56,828 bases of DNA from a candidate division WOR-3 bacterium (GCA_039803205.1 JBDRYB010000010.1:1-56828); one strand, 5' to 3'; counted from the first letter of the stretch, positions 38,736 to 52,338 are shown. The notes: a model not told the origin generated them from the letters alone. Program-made: numbers and translations.

Positions 38736-39809
38736 ATGAGATGGTTTGGGATCCTCTGCATTCTCGTTTCCTCTGAGGCCGAGAAGTATAAGCGCGAGCT
38801 CGCTGGGGTTGAGTCTGAGATACAATCCGTGCAGAGGGAAATAGAGAGGCTTGGAAAGAAGGAGGAATCACTGGTAAGGGAGATTGAGCTTCTTGAGAGG
38901 CAGGAGGCCCTTATCCTCCAGAGTATAGAGATACTGAAGGCGCAGGAAAGGGCCATAAACGAGGAAATAAGGTCAATTGATGCGGACATGACCCTGGCTG
39001 AGACGAGGGCTCAGGACGCGAGGGCTAAGCTCTCCCTGGCGACCAGACTCCTTTACATCACTCCTAGGCCGGATTTCATGAGGGCTTTCTTGGATTTCGG
39101 TTCTGTCTACACGGCATACAGGAGGGTGAAATACCTGAGGCGCCTCGCTCTTTACGAGAAGAGCCTAATAGAGAGGCTCATTTCGCTAACTCAGCGCCTC
39201 GTGAGGCTCCGGGAGATAAAAGCAAAGGCCCTTTCGGAGCTGAACCTGAACAAGGCCAAGCTCAAGGAAAAGGAGGCGCTTCTAGCCGCGACGAAATCCG
39301 AAAAACAGAGGGCCGCAGAGCGGGTCAAAAAACAGAGGGACAGGAAGGAGAAGTATCTGGCGCAACTCGAGAAGTCAAGGGCTGATCTCAAGGCAATAAT
39401 AAAGCGCCTTGAGGAGAAGAGCGCGAAAAAACCGAACATAAAGGGGGTGAAACTCCTGAGCCCTTGTGAGGGGGAAATAGTGGGAAGGTTTGGCCTGGTC
39501 TGGAACGACAAATATGGAACCCAGATAAAGAACAACGGCATTGACATAAAAGCCCCAAAAGGAAGCGAGATAAAGGCCTCGGCTGGCGGTAAGGTTGCTT
39601 ATATTGGGTGGCTTGAGGGATACGGCAACCTGATCATACTTGAACATGACGGGTTTTACACGGTTTATTCAAGGCTTGATAAGATACTCGTCTCCGAGGG
39701 GACCAAGGTCCTCAAGGGAACCGTCATAGGGAAGCTGGGCGCCGAGCCCCTCCACTTTGAGCTCAGGGTGGGTGGCGAGGCCGTTGATCCAGAGGAATAT
39801 ATCTTCTAG
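38736..39809 (+). CDS. envC: EnvC-like murein hydrolase activator (coiled coil plus degenerate M23 domain)
   Basis: Long coiled coil, NNGIDI (His replaced), GYGNLIILEH, YSRL, LHFELR; follows ftsEX. Confidence 0.8.
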   Translation: MRWFGILCILVSSEAEKYKRELAGVESEIQSVQREIERLGKKEESLVREIELLERQEALILQSIEILKAQERAINEEIRSIDADMTLAETRAQDARAKLSLATRLLYITPRPDFMRAFLDFGSVYTAYRRVKYLRRLALYEKSLIERLISLTQRLVRLREIKAKALSELNLNKAKLKEKEALLAATKSEKQRAAERVKKQRDRKEKYLAQLEKSRADLKAIIKRLEEKSAKKPNIKGVKLLSPCEGEIVGRFGLVWNDKYGTQIKNNGIDIKAPKGSEIKASAGGKVAYIGWLEGYGNLIILEHDGFYTVYSRLDKILVSEGTKVLKGTVIGKLGAEPLHFELRVGGEAVDPEEYIF

Positions 39810-39811
39810 CC

Positions 39812-40510
39812 ATGGGTGAGAAGAGACTTTCCATGAAAATGGGGAAGATGATGTCGGGGAAGGCATCCGTAGGCCTCATCCTCATCCTCTTCCTCCCTAT
39901 ATGTAGCGTTGGCCTCTTTGCCAGGTGGCTCTCAGATGAGGTAGGGTGGGTGCTGTTCCTCTTTGCTTTTGCTTGGTTCCTCGCGGCTCTCGTGTTTTTC
40001 AGCATATACAAGAACATAAAGGATAAAAAGGCTAAATACGCGCTGACGCTTGAGGGCCCCGTGTTGAGACTGTCTCAAAATGAACGAGCTCTCAAGGAAT
40101 TCAACCTCTCTGAGAGCCACAAACTGCTCATCATTCTCGTGGATTTTCTGGATAAGGAAACCCTGTTCTTTCAGCGCTTCGCGGATGTGCACCTTTCTCA
40201 GGGCGCTGAGGCCCTTTCCTTTAGGTTGCTCCTTATTGCCCAGGATACCAAGGAGGCCCCGCCCCTCGGTGAAGAGGCCTGGATTTCGTGCTCAGTTGAA
40301 CAAAAGAAGGTTGGCAACAGGCTCTTTCTTTGGCTCAGCGGTAACCCGTATCTCCATCCTTTCGCCTGGGAGGGCTCCTATACAGGCGAACCAGCCATAG
40401 ATTTCTTGAAGGCCCTTGATTCCTTTTCCGCGAACAACGCCCTCATTCCATACATAGAGAGGGCTAAGGCTGGGGAAATCAGTCTTGGGGAGCTGAGGAA
40501 AAGGTTATGA
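39812..40510 (+). CDS. Hypothetical membrane protein (2 TM)
   Basis: Two hydrophobic helices followed by a soluble domain; start uncertain. Confidence 0.55.
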   Translation: MGEKRLSMKMGKMMSGKASVGLILILFLPICSVGLFARWLSDEVGWVLFLFAFAWFLAALVFFSIYKNIKDKKAKYALTLEGPVLRLSQNERALKEFNLSESHKLLIILVDFLDKETLFFQRFADVHLSQGAEALSFRLLLIAQDTKEAPPLGEEAWISCSVEQKKVGNRLFLWLSGNPYLHPFAWEGSYTGEPAIDFLKALDSFSANNALIPYIERAKAGEISLGELRKRL

Positions 40511-41224
40511 AGGCTTTCCGAAAATATCCTCGCTCCCCCGGAGGATTATCTCAAGAGAACGAGGCCCCTCGTTGAGGAGAAGGTCAAGGGTTGAAAGGTA
40601 AGGGACAAAATCCCCGAACAGCTGCGTGTAGACAGGATGCTTGTAGTCCTGGAAGATGACGGTTATCCCCCTCTTGGCGTAGACCTCAGGGTCCATGTAG
40701 TTCGCGCCGGCCGCGCCGACATAAAGCGCATCCACCCCTATTTTCTCGCAAAGTATGAAAAGCCTTTCGTTCTTGTCTGTTGTTTTTATCATGAGATCCC
40801 TTGAGGAGACCAAGAACTTCGTCTTTATTCCGAGCTTGTCAGCAAACCAATAAATGAGCTCGTGATCTAGGTCAACGAGGCATTCCCACCTTTTCTCGTA
40901 AAACCCTCTTAGCTCATCAGCGTAATCCTGGAAGAATTTGGCCTTCTTGTAGTTGCGCTCTATGGTTCCCCAGTGCTTTCTCTGCCAGGGCTGGGAGTTG
41001 TCAATCCTCATCTCGTAAATGAGCATGTTAAGATGGCCTTTTTTCATGACCGGGACGCTGAGCCATTTCACCCCATCCTTTGTTTTTATCCTATTACGGT
41101 TGCGCCAGTCGTTGACCGTGTATTGCACATCATCCAGGAGAACGAAGACCTCTGCCCTGGCGACCTGGTCAAAGAACCCAAGCCAGGGTAGGTATCCGGG
41201 TTGAAGAACGCCCCCTATCCTCAT
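40505..41224 (-). CDS. WbqC-family protein
   Basis: QPGYLPWLGFF, DDVQY...WRNRNRI, YTQLFGDFVPYLSTLDLLLN. Confidence 0.9.
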   Translation of the reverse strand: MRIGGVLQPGYLPWLGFFDQVARAEVFVLLDDVQYTVNDWRNRNRIKTKDGVKWLSVPVMKKGHLNMLIYEMRIDNSQPWQRKHWGTIERNYKKAKFFQDYADELRGFYEKRWECLVDLDHELIYWFADKLGIKTKFLVSSRDLMIKTTDKNERLFILCEKIGVDALYVGAAGANYMDPEVYAKRGITVIFQDYKHPVYTQLFGDFVPYLSTLDLLLNEGPRSLEIILRGSEDIFGKPS

Positions 41225-41868
41225 CCTTTCTCCCTATATGCGAATGCGCTGAACTCAAACGGATAGTAATCGTGCCTTATGAGGAACAGCCTACTGAGCT
41301 TTCTCAAGTGCTTTATGATCTCGCATGGGCTCATGTAAAACAGATCCGGGTCTCGCCAATCAACGGCGTCGGTCAAAAGGTTGAAGCCGATTCCGAGCAA
41401 GCACATGTCCCACATCTTGTTTATTACGGCAAATACTATATCCCTCCAAGCATCCAATCCCGCGCTCGGCGGGAGGTAGTTGAAGGAACCAGAGAGAAAA
41501 ACATAGTCGTATTTCCCGGGAGGGGGATCTGTGATGAAATTGAAACGGGTGAATTCCACCCCCGGATGGCGCTTTCTCGCCTCAGCGAGATACGCCTCAG
41601 AGGCATCCGACCCGGAGTATGTGTATGGGAGGCCCAGTTCCTTTATCAGATCCAGCATGTGGCCTACGCCACAGCCTATCTCGTGAACCGTTATCGGCCT
41701 TTGTTTGTCTGCCGGGCGTATTCCCTCTAGGAGAGCCTGGTGCCTCATCCTCTGGGCCTCCTCGTCCTTCCAGGCAACCCCTTTCGCTGTGGGACCGAAT
41801 TCAGAGAACCTCTTCCTGTAGAATTCCTCTATTTCCTTTAGTATCTTATCCATGTTTTCAATGGTCAA
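41221..41868 (-). CDS. Class I SAM-dependent methyltransferase
   Basis: VHEIGCGVG motif I, YSGSDAS, YDYVFLSGSFN. Confidence 0.85.
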   Translation of the reverse strand: MTIENMDKILKEIEEFYRKRFSEFGPTAKGVAWKDEEAQRMRHQALLEGIRPADKQRPITVHEIGCGVGHMLDLIKELGLPYTYSGSDASEAYLAEARKRHPGVEFTRFNFITDPPPGKYDYVFLSGSFNYLPPSAGLDAWRDIVFAVINKMWDMCLLGIGFNLLTDAVDWRDPDLFYMSPCEIIKHLRKLSRLFLIRHDYYPFEFSAFAYREKG

Positions 41869-42787
41869 TCTGCGCCTCCATGATGATGTAATTGGGCCTT
41901 GCTTTAACCTCTGAGAATATCGTTGCTATATACTCTCCGATTATACCGATAAGGAGCATCTGCAGACCCCCTGTAAGCAGGATTAGGCTCACTATTGCCG
42001 TGAACCCAGGGGGCACATCCGGATATATTATCCGGAGCACGATGTAGTAGACCGCAAGTCCTATTGCCGGAACTATGAAGAGAACTCCAAGGATGCTGGC
42101 GAGGCGGAGCGGAGCGGAAGAGTAGGTGGTCAGCACATTCAGGACGATCCTGAGCATCTTCCTCAGGGTATAGCTGCTCCTGCCCCTTATCCTGTGTTGC
42201 TGGGCTACCCTTACCGTTGTTTGAGCGAATCCTACCCAAGCGAAGGCACCATCAAGGAACCTAGCGGTATCTCCAAGGCCGGAAAGGACATCGTTGGCTC
42301 TCCGCGATGCCAATCTCAGCATACCTTGATTTCTCGGCATACTCACACCTGAGAGAATTGCCACGATGGACCAATACATCCAGGTAAAGAACCTTCTCAT
42401 GAGGTTGTCTGCCCTTGCTTCCCTTATCCCGTAAACCACATCGTATCCCTCTAGAAACTTCTCGTAAAGCTTCGGGATCTCCTCCGGTGGTTCCTGGAGA
42501 TCCGCGTCCATGATGACCACGCAATCACCTCGGGAAACAGCCATCCCGGCCATTGCGGCGGCATACTGGCCGAAGTTCCGAGAGAGCCTCAGGAGCTTGA
42601 ACCTCTCGTCCTTCGCTCTAATAGACCTCATGATCTCCCAGCTCTCATCCGAAGAGCCGTCGTCAACCATGACTGCCTCCCAATCCCCACCAACAAGCCT
42701 TTCAAGGGTTCTCGTGAGCCTTTCGGAGAGCTCCGGAAGGTTCGGGGCTTCGTTGTGAACGGGTAGAACAACTGAGATCTTCGGCAC
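41858..42787 (-). CDS. GT2 glycosyltransferase (ArnC/GtrB-like, polyprenol-phosphate linked)
   Basis: SVVLPVHNE, VDDGSSD, LSRNFGQ, MDADLQEPP, two C-terminal TM helices, GEYI..IF.EVKARP.Y. Confidence 0.92.
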   Translation of the reverse strand: MPKISVVLPVHNEAPNLPELSERLTRTLERLVGGDWEAVMVDDGSSDESWEIMRSIRAKDERFKLLRLSRNFGQYAAAMAGMAVSRGDCVVIMDADLQEPPEEIPKLYEKFLEGYDVVYGIREARADNLMRRFFTWMYWSIVAILSGVSMPRNQGMLRLASRRANDVLSGLGDTARFLDGAFAWVGFAQTTVRVAQQHRIRGRSSYTLRKMLRIVLNVLTTYSSAPLRLASILGVLFIVPAIGLAVYYIVLRIIYPDVPPGFTAIVSLILLTGGLQMLLIGIIGEYIATIFSEVKARPNYIIMEAQIDH

Positions 42788-42905
42788 GCGCCATATTATA
42801 AAGGATTTTCTTATCTCAGCTCACTTTGTATGGGCGCGAAAACCTTCCTGCCTTGATCCCTACGGGTTGAAATGAAGATCACGGGAGCTTTACTATAATA
42901 TCGTT

Positions 42906-44636
42906 ATGATATGGCTCTTTTTGTTCAGCATAAGCTACCGAGAATCCTCATCCGGACTTGAAAATCCGGAGATGGAAGAGGGGAGAACCGTCCTTGAAAT
43001 AGGGGATGTCAATGGGGACGGAAACCCCGACATCGTTTCCGTTGGCGATCACGGCTCGCCATATGTGAATACTAGTGAACATGGGATAATGGTTTGGTTC
43101 GGGAACGGCTCTGGGTCATGGAGCGTTTATCAGAACGGAGATTTCGGTTACGGCGGAGTCGCTCTCGGAGACATGAACAACGATGGCTTCCTTGATGTCT
43201 GCTATGGGGTTCACCACAACTATTCCGGGACGGATTTCGGCGATCAACTGATTGAGGCGGCCATAGGGGATGGAACGGGGCAGAACTGGATCCCTTGGGA
43301 TGATGGCCTAGCGAGCGAGGGCCAGGATTGGGGCATGTTTGATACGGACCTCGGGGACTTGAACAACGATGGGTGGCTTGATATAGTCTCAAACTCCTTC
43401 GGCGCGGATGATGGGGTTTGGGCGTATCTGAACAACAGGGACGGTTCCTGGACGAGCTCCTGGGGATTTCTCGGAGGCAATTCCACCGATGATGTATTCC
43501 TTGGGGATGTCAACAGGGATGGGTTCCTTGATGTTGCCGTTGCTCATCAGGGTGGGACAATATACTTGGGCACCGGCTCAGGAGGTTTCTCCCTTGATGA
43601 TGACGGGCTTCCGGCCGGGGGAAGCCTTGGGAGGCCTGGTATAAGCCTGGGGGATGTGGACAACGACGGAGGGGACGATCTGGCATTCATCAACAGCTCA
43701 GGCGGGCTTGAGGTCTGGGTCTACAACGAAGGGACAGGATCGTGGGTGGATTTCTCGGGCAGCTTACCGGCGACCGGTTCATGGGAGTTCACCCAGCTCA
43801 GGGATATGGACTGCGATGGGAATGTTGACCTCTTGGCCGCTGGGGACAGCACGATCGCGGTCTATCTCGGCAACGGCGCGGGGGTCTGGAACCCAGCGAC
43901 ATCATTCAAGATAGATTCCTGTATCGGTTTCAATGCCTTTAGGGCCGGCACAGATGCCGATCACAACGGGTTCCCTGACATATATCTGGTTTATGAGAGA
44001 GAGAAGGATCAGTGGAGCTCGGTCAACACCCCTGCCTGTTATCTTGAAGAATCAAGCCCAACTGAGCTCAGAGTCTTTCCGGTTTATCCGAGGGGCGGAG
44101 AGAGGTTCTACGGAGGAGGAGTGAGGTTTATAGATTGGTATTGCGCTGTCCCATACGGGGCCGCGACGGTCTCTCTGGCAATATCAACATCAGGCCCAGG
44201 GGGCCCGTGGACGAATATAGCCACAGGTTTGCCCAATTCCGGCAGGTTTCAGTGGAGGGTTCCCCAGACCCCATCATCAAATTGCTACATAAGGTATATC
44301 GCCGCCTCCGGCCCAAGCGCTGACACAACGATAACGCCGAGGCCATTTGAGATAATAGGGGTTGGTGAGGAGGAACCCACCCGCGAAAAAGCAAATCAGC
44401 TCCTCATCTCCGTTTTCGGTCACACAGCCCTGATCCGCCTTAATCTGGTCGCGAGCCTGGACATAACCCTTTCGGTTTACGATGCAAGGGGTTCGCTCGT
44501 TAAGCTCCTCGCTATTGGTATGCTCCCGGCAGGGGAGCACGAGTTCTTCTGGCGGCCAGGAAAATCTGGGGCATATTTCGTCCTCGCGGAATCAGGGAGG
44601 TGGCGAGCATCGTCAAAGTTGGTTATTCCGAAATAA
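42906..44636 (+). CDS. Secreted FG-GAP repeat protein with T9SS-like C-terminal domain
   Basis: Seven GD(V/L/M)NxDGxxD-type repeats; YPRGGE Ig-like module; VYDARGSLV...W...SGAYFV....KLVI tail. Confidence 0.85.
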   Translation: MIWLFLFSISYRESSSGLENPEMEEGRTVLEIGDVNGDGNPDIVSVGDHGSPYVNTSEHGIMVWFGNGSGSWSVYQNGDFGYGGVALGDMNNDGFLDVCYGVHHNYSGTDFGDQLIEAAIGDGTGQNWIPWDDGLASEGQDWGMFDTDLGDLNNDGWLDIVSNSFGADDGVWAYLNNRDGSWTSSWGFLGGNSTDDVFLGDVNRDGFLDVAVAHQGGTIYLGTGSGGFSLDDDGLPAGGSLGRPGISLGDVDNDGGDDLAFINSSGGLEVWVYNEGTGSWVDFSGSLPATGSWEFTQLRDMDCDGNVDLLAAGDSTIAVYLGNGAGVWNPATSFKIDSCIGFNAFRAGTDADHNGFPDIYLVYEREKDQWSSVNTPACYLEESSPTELRVFPVYPRGGERFYGGGVRFIDWYCAVPYGAATVSLAISTSGPGGPWTNIATGLPNSGRFQWRVPQTPSSNCYIRYIAASGPSADTTITPRPFEIIGVGEEEPTREKANQLLISVFGHTALIRLNLVASLDITLSVYDARGSLVKLLAIGMLPAGEHEFFWRPGKSGAYFVLAESGRWRASSKLVIPK

Positions 44637-44688
44637 CCCACCCTGATCCAGGGTGCAAAACCTTCTGGTGGCCCAATATAATTTGGCC

Positions 44689-45123
44689 ATGAGGGTCCTA
44701 GTGATCAGCGGCCCGAACCTTAATCTCCTCGGCGAGCGCGAGCCTGAGATTTATGGCAGAAGGACCCTTTCAGAGATAGAGGGGATGGTGGCCGAGGAGG
44801 CCCGGGGGCTCGGTATTGAGGTTTCTTTTCTGCAGACAAACTCGGAATCAGAGATACTTTCTGCCATACACGAGGCCAGGAGAAGTTTTGACGGCATCAT
44901 CATTAACCCCGGAAGTCTCACCCACTACTCCATAGCGATCGCTGACGCGATAAAGGCTGTTGGGATACCCGTTGTTGAGGTCCACATCTCAAACATATTG
45001 GGAAGGGAAGGTTTCAGGGCAAAAAGCGTGATCGCAAGAGCCGCAAGGGGCGTGATAACCGGATTCGGGCCTGATAGCTATGTCCTCGGCCTTCGCGCGC
45101 TATCCCGCATTCTGAAGGAATGA
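44689..45123 (+). CDS. aroQ: Type II 3-dehydroquinate dehydratase
   Basis: GPNLNLLGEREPEIYG, INPGSLTHYS, VEVHISN; start ATG 44689. Confidence 0.96.
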   Translation: MRVLVISGPNLNLLGEREPEIYGRRTLSEIEGMVAEEARGLGIEVSFLQTNSESEILSAIHEARRSFDGIIINPGSLTHYSIAIADAIKAVGIPVVEVHISNILGREGFRAKSVIARAARGVITGFGPDSYVLGLRALSRILKE

Positions 45124-46787
45124 AGACTCGTTTCTGGGAGGTCCTCTTGGAGATTGTGGTTGCACTAATTCCCTTTGCTCTCCTTCTTTTTACAGCATCG
45201 GGAACCGTTGGACTCGTTGATTCAGGAGAGCTCTCATGCGTTGCCTGGACCCTCGGAATATCACACCCAACCGGTTATCCGCTTTGGACCATCCTCGGAT
45301 ACATATGGTCTCACATAGTTCCGGTGGGCGAGCCGGTCTGGCGGCTCTCCGCGATGTCAGCCATATGCGCCGGATTGGCTTCCTGGTGCCTTTTCAAGGC
45401 AGGAAAAGAGCTCGGCTTTGAGCTCGGTGCAAGCCTTTCTGCGGCATTGGCGTTTCCTTTCTTGCGCCTTGTCTGGGCAACATCGGCACAAGCGGAGGTC
45501 TATGCCCTCGGCGCGGCTCTGGTTGGGGTTTTCCTGTTCTCGCTTGCCAGATGGTTCAAGGGGAGATGCCACCCCGCTCCCGTTTTCTACACGGCCGGGC
45601 TCGTCCTCACGAATCACATGTCAGGGGCCTCGGTTGTCCTGCCGGGCCTGGCGCTCATGGCTTTTCTGGACAGGAAAACCCTGAGGTGGGCGTGGGTTTT
45701 CCTCATTCCCCTGAGCGTATACCTTTACCTGCCCATAAGGTCATCTCACGAGCCTTTCTTTGATTGGGGGGATCCGCAGACCCTCCAGAACATCCTTTGG
45801 CACATCACGGGAAAACAATACAGCGTTTGGATGTTTGGGGCTGGGTTCTCCGGATTTCTCTCGGGCCTGAGGGGTGTCACCGGAGAGCTCTGGAACAACC
45901 TCAATATCGGTGTTATCTTGCCAATTCTCGGCGTGGTTCTGGCACAGAGGCATTGGAGGCTTGTTCTTTTGTCGGCCGTAGCATTGTCTTTTATTTACCT
46001 GGCTGGCTACACGATACCGGACATAGGCGACTATTTTCTACCCCTATTCATTACCATATGCCTCCTTTCAGGGTTCGCCCTCAGCCGATTAGGGAAGTTT
46101 TCCTGGACAGGGCTTCTCCTTCCGGCCCTTCTCGTTTTCCTCAACTTCAATAGCCTCAACCGGCGAGGGGACACATTCGCACAGGACTACGCTAGAGCGC
46201 ATATCGCTGAGCTGGAACCGAATGCTCTGGTTCTCTGCAACTATTGGGACCTGGTCTCGCCCACTCTGTATCTCCAGCATGTAAAGGGTGAAAGGGGGGA
46301 CATCACCATAATAGACAAGGAGCTCCTCAGGCGTTCATGGTATATAAAACACATAAAGCTCAAGCATCCGGCCCTTTACGGGTGTGCTAAGGATGAGATA
46401 GAGGCATACGCCCGAGAGCTCAGGAAATTTGAGCGCGGGCTTCCTTACGATCCGGAGCTCATACAATCCGCTTACATAAACATGCTCAGGGCCATGCTCA
46501 CCCGTTATCCCGGGCCCCGCTACACGGCCTTTGCTTTCTACGAGGAGGACGAAAGGCAGATCCTTGAGGGCCTGAAGGTAGTGCCGCAGGGGCTTTGCAT
46601 CAGGATCGCCGAGCGCGATACCGCGTTCCCGTTTGATCCCACGAGATACACCTTACCCACATACAATAGGTTTCCCAGAAACCAGAGGGAGAGGGTTCTT
46701 TTTGATACATTTACACGGGAAACGACACTATCAAAGGAATTCTGGGAGCATCGCGGAAAACAAACACCCATTAGACCAAACAAATAG
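45120..46787 (+). CDS. DUF2723/TMEM260-like polytopic membrane glycosyltransferase
   Basis: DSGEL....LGISHPTGYPLW, AEVYAL, LTNHMS, YLYLPIRS...DWGDP. Confidence 0.85.
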   Translation: MKTRFWEVLLEIVVALIPFALLLFTASGTVGLVDSGELSCVAWTLGISHPTGYPLWTILGYIWSHIVPVGEPVWRLSAMSAICAGLASWCLFKAGKELGFELGASLSAALAFPFLRLVWATSAQAEVYALGAALVGVFLFSLARWFKGRCHPAPVFYTAGLVLTNHMSGASVVLPGLALMAFLDRKTLRWAWVFLIPLSVYLYLPIRSSHEPFFDWGDPQTLQNILWHITGKQYSVWMFGAGFSGFLSGLRGVTGELWNNLNIGVILPILGVVLAQRHWRLVLLSAVALSFIYLAGYTIPDIGDYFLPLFITICLLSGFALSRLGKFSWTGLLLPALLVFLNFNSLNRRGDTFAQDYARAHIAELEPNALVLCNYWDLVSPTLYLQHVKGERGDITIIDKELLRRSWYIKHIKLKHPALYGCAKDEIEAYARELRKFERGLPYDPELIQSAYINMLRAMLTRYPGPRYTAFAFYEEDERQILEGLKVVPQGLCIRIAERDTAFPFDPTRYTLPTYNRFPRNQRERVLFDTFTRETTLSKEFWEHRGKQTPIRPNK

Positions 46788-47046
46788 AGAAAGGCGAACA
46801 ACGGAACTCCCAAGAGAGCGAAGGTTCACGTGATTTTTCGCGGCCAAAAAATCAGGGTTTTGCCCCCTCAAACTCCCCAGCGATTTTTGTCCTGCCCGCC
46901 AGCCTAAACCTATGCGTTAGTTTCTCTTCATTTAATAGTTTTCGGGACAGCGCGAACACTTTCCCCCAACGACCTCTTTGTCTGGGCGTTGAACCAGGGG
47001 GTTTCCGGAGGACGCGAAAAAAACTGAAATAAAAGCCTATACCCTG

Positions 47047-47871
47047 TCAGCCAATGCCCTCAAGGAGTTTCTTTGATAGCACAACGCCCTCCTTGTTCCC
47101 CGCATTCTCAAAGAGCTCAACGGCCTTCATTGTCTCAGCCTTGGCCTCGTCGTATCTGCCCAGACATCTGAGGGTAAGGGCAAGGCAATACCTGGGTTTA
47201 GGGTCATCTGGGTTCCTCTCAACCTCCTCCCTATAATGTTTCTCGGCCTCCTCGTAGCGAGCCAGGTCAAGAAGGACAACCTGGATCTTCTCCGCGACAT
47301 CCTGGTCCTGGGGGTCAATCTCAAGTATACGCCGAAAAACACCCTCTGCCTCCTTGTGGCGTCCGTGGTTGTATAGGCAGACCGCCAGGTCATACAGGTA
47401 ATCAGTGCTTTCCGGCTCCAGCCTAAGGGCCTCGCGCAAAAGGGCTTCAGCCTCCGGATACCTGTCCGCATCCTCAAGGACCTTTGCCAGGCTGGAGAGG
47501 GAGATGCCGTCCGCGGGGTTCAGCCTCAGGGCTTCCCTCAGCTCAGTCTCGGCCTCCTTCAGCTGGCCGAGCTTGTGCAGGGCCATTCCCAGGTTGCAGT
47601 GTGCCTGGAAGCTGTCGGGCTGTGCTTTGACTGCCCTGCTGAAGTAGTCCACGGCCTCCTGCCAGAGTTTCTGGGAATACCTTATGAACCCGATGCCAAA
47701 CAGGGATTTGTAGTGCGCTGGGTCATGGCCTATCGCTGTCATCCAAAGGGTTTCCGCGTCTGCCTGCCTTCCTTCCCTGAACCGGATGAGTCCCAGGCTG
47801 TAGAGCGCGTCAGGGTCCTTCGGGTTCTCCTCCAGCCTCTTCAGTATATCTGCCTCGTTGAGCTCTTCCAT
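47047..47871 (-). CDS. Tetratricopeptide-repeat protein
   Basis: About seven 34-aa repeats (A..NLG.AL...G...EA......AL.L.P). Confidence 0.9.
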   Translation of the reverse strand: MEELNEADILKRLEENPKDPDALYSLGLIRFREGRQADAETLWMTAIGHDPAHYKSLFGIGFIRYSQKLWQEAVDYFSRAVKAQPDSFQAHCNLGMALHKLGQLKEAETELREALRLNPADGISLSSLAKVLEDADRYPEAEALLREALRLEPESTDYLYDLAVCLYNHGRHKEAEGVFRRILEIDPQDQDVAEKIQVVLLDLARYEEAEKHYREEVERNPDDPKPRYCLALTLRCLGRYDEAKAETMKAVELFENAGNKEGVVLSKKLLEGIG

Positions 47872-47975
47872 GAAAGTTCTCTCCTGTTTTCTCCGGTGAG
47901 ATTATCCTGCATGAGGCCGCCGGGTGGCAAATAGACTATTCGTTACCCCATGTGTTCTCCAAAGTTCCCATCCTG

Positions 47976-48659
47976 CTATTTGGCCGGATCAGTTTCAGAA
48001 TTCTCATTTGACTTCTCCTTGGGTTCTATCACCAGACACTTCTGATGCAGTATTCCTGGATCGCTGACAAGCCCCAGGTAAAGAAGAACTGCACCTATCA
48101 AGGAGAAAACTTCCTTTTCGCTTTTGGCAACATCAGATTCAAGGTTGTTTTTGGACCATCGCTCGTAGAACTCTGATGCTACCTCTTTGGCATCCTCAGC
48201 GTGAGAAGACTCTTTCTCCTTACGACTAACGAAAGCCTCCCAGATGAAAAGATTGGCATTTCCTTCTTTGAATTCTTTACATTCAAAGGTTGGCTTCAAA
48301 TCGGGACAGGATCTCTTTATCTCTCTAAAAATCCAGATACACTCAGCTAGACCTGTTACCAGGGCTGCTGGGCCCGCGCCCGCGCTCCAGGACCTGCCTT
48401 TCTCCCCATCTCTTTGCTTAATTAGAGCACAAGGGTCCTCTCTAACGGGTATAAACAAGGGGCATTCTATTCCTAAGGATACCTTTTTACCGGAACACAG
48501 ATCCTCAGCGATGCCTTTGGCTACTTGTCTGATCGCCTTGTCATCCCCTTGGCATTCTGTGTGTTCTTTAGGAGAGACTAACCTGCACCATCCGAAATTC
48601 TTCTGACCCTTGCAGATTGAGCCTATATCCACTGTCCATATCACTGGATCCTTCACCAT
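47976..48659 (-). CDS. Hypothetical protein, DUF429-like RNase H-fold predicted nuclease
   Basis: IWTVDIG, LGIECPLFIP, R.GE..RSW, IWEAF, H..DA; AT-richer than flanks; SD GGAGGT. Confidence 0.5.
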   Translation of the reverse strand: MVKDPVIWTVDIGSICKGQKNFGWCRLVSPKEHTECQGDDKAIRQVAKGIAEDLCSGKKVSLGIECPLFIPVREDPCALIKQRDGEKGRSWSAGAGPAALVTGLAECIWIFREIKRSCPDLKPTFECKEFKEGNANLFIWEAFVSRKEKESSHAEDAKEVASEFYERWSKNNLESDVAKSEKEVFSLIGAVLLYLGLVSDPGILHQKCLVIEPKEKSNENSETDPAK

Positions 48660-48823
48660 CTTTGTCTACCTCCTGAGACCTCTGATAAAGTCCCTTTTAG
48701 CTCCCTCTTTTTGTTCATGGGCATAGTTTATGGCTCACTCTTAAGCTCGCGCAACTTTACCCCGCACCAAAGCAACTATTTTTGATTATAATGCTCTAGC
48801 CTCGGAGGGGTTGATCCGTCATT

Positions 48824-49018
48824 TCAAACCTCTATCTCCACGCTCTCAGCCTTCTCCCCAAGCCTTTCCGAGACCTTCAGGATCTCTATGGCCACAACCT
48901 CGCCCTTCTCATCGTAATCAACTATGACCCCCGGGGCCACCTCCTCGCTCTCGGACACGCGAGCATCCGTGAGGGAGATATAAAGGGCATCAGCTTCTTT
49001 ATCTATGCTTATCTTCAT
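48824..49018 (-). CDS. DUF2283-family small protein (putative antitoxin)
   Basis: DKEADALYISL....V.ESEEVAPGVIVDYD..G.VVAIEIL; SD GAGGAGG. Confidence 0.85.
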   Translation of the reverse strand: MKISIDKEADALYISLTDARVSESEEVAPGVIVDYDEKGEVVAIEILKVSERLGEKAESVEIEV

Positions 49019-49041
49019 GGCTCCTCCTCAGCCATAACTAA

Positions 49042-49160
49042 CCCCGACTTCTACCTACTCTCCCGCCCCCTTGCGGGGGAAGTACCATCGGCCTCTGCGG
49101 GCTTAACTACCGGGTTCGGAATGGTTCCGGGTGTGGCCCCGCCAGTATGGAAGTCGGGGA
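49042..49160 (-). rRNA. rrf: 5S rRNA
   Basis: CCATTCCGAACCCGGTAGTTAAGCC..GCCGATGGTACT, GGGAGAGTAGG; terminal helix CCCCGACTT/AAGTCGGGG. Confidence 0.95.
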
Positions 49161-49182
49161 AAACTGGTTTGGTTGAGTGGGA

Positions 49183-52193
<3,011 letters not shown>

Positions 52194-52218
52194 ATCCCAC
52201 TCAACCAAACCAAAACTG

Positions 52219-52293
52219 CTTGTCAAAGATCAAAAGCTAATTTCACCCTTTCGGTGAGGTATAAATTATAACCCAAATGCCATGGCCGATCAA
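52219..52293 (-). promoter_or_regulatory. Dedicated sigma70 promoter and boxA for the 23S-5S unit
   Basis: Minus strand TTGATC(52293-52288)-17 nt-TATAAT(52270-52265); boxA-like TGATCTTTGACAAG at 52232-52219. Confidence 0.85.
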
Positions 52294-52338
52294 GTATGTG
52301 TAAAGGCGAGACGATCCGCTTTCAACCCCCCTTAAGCT

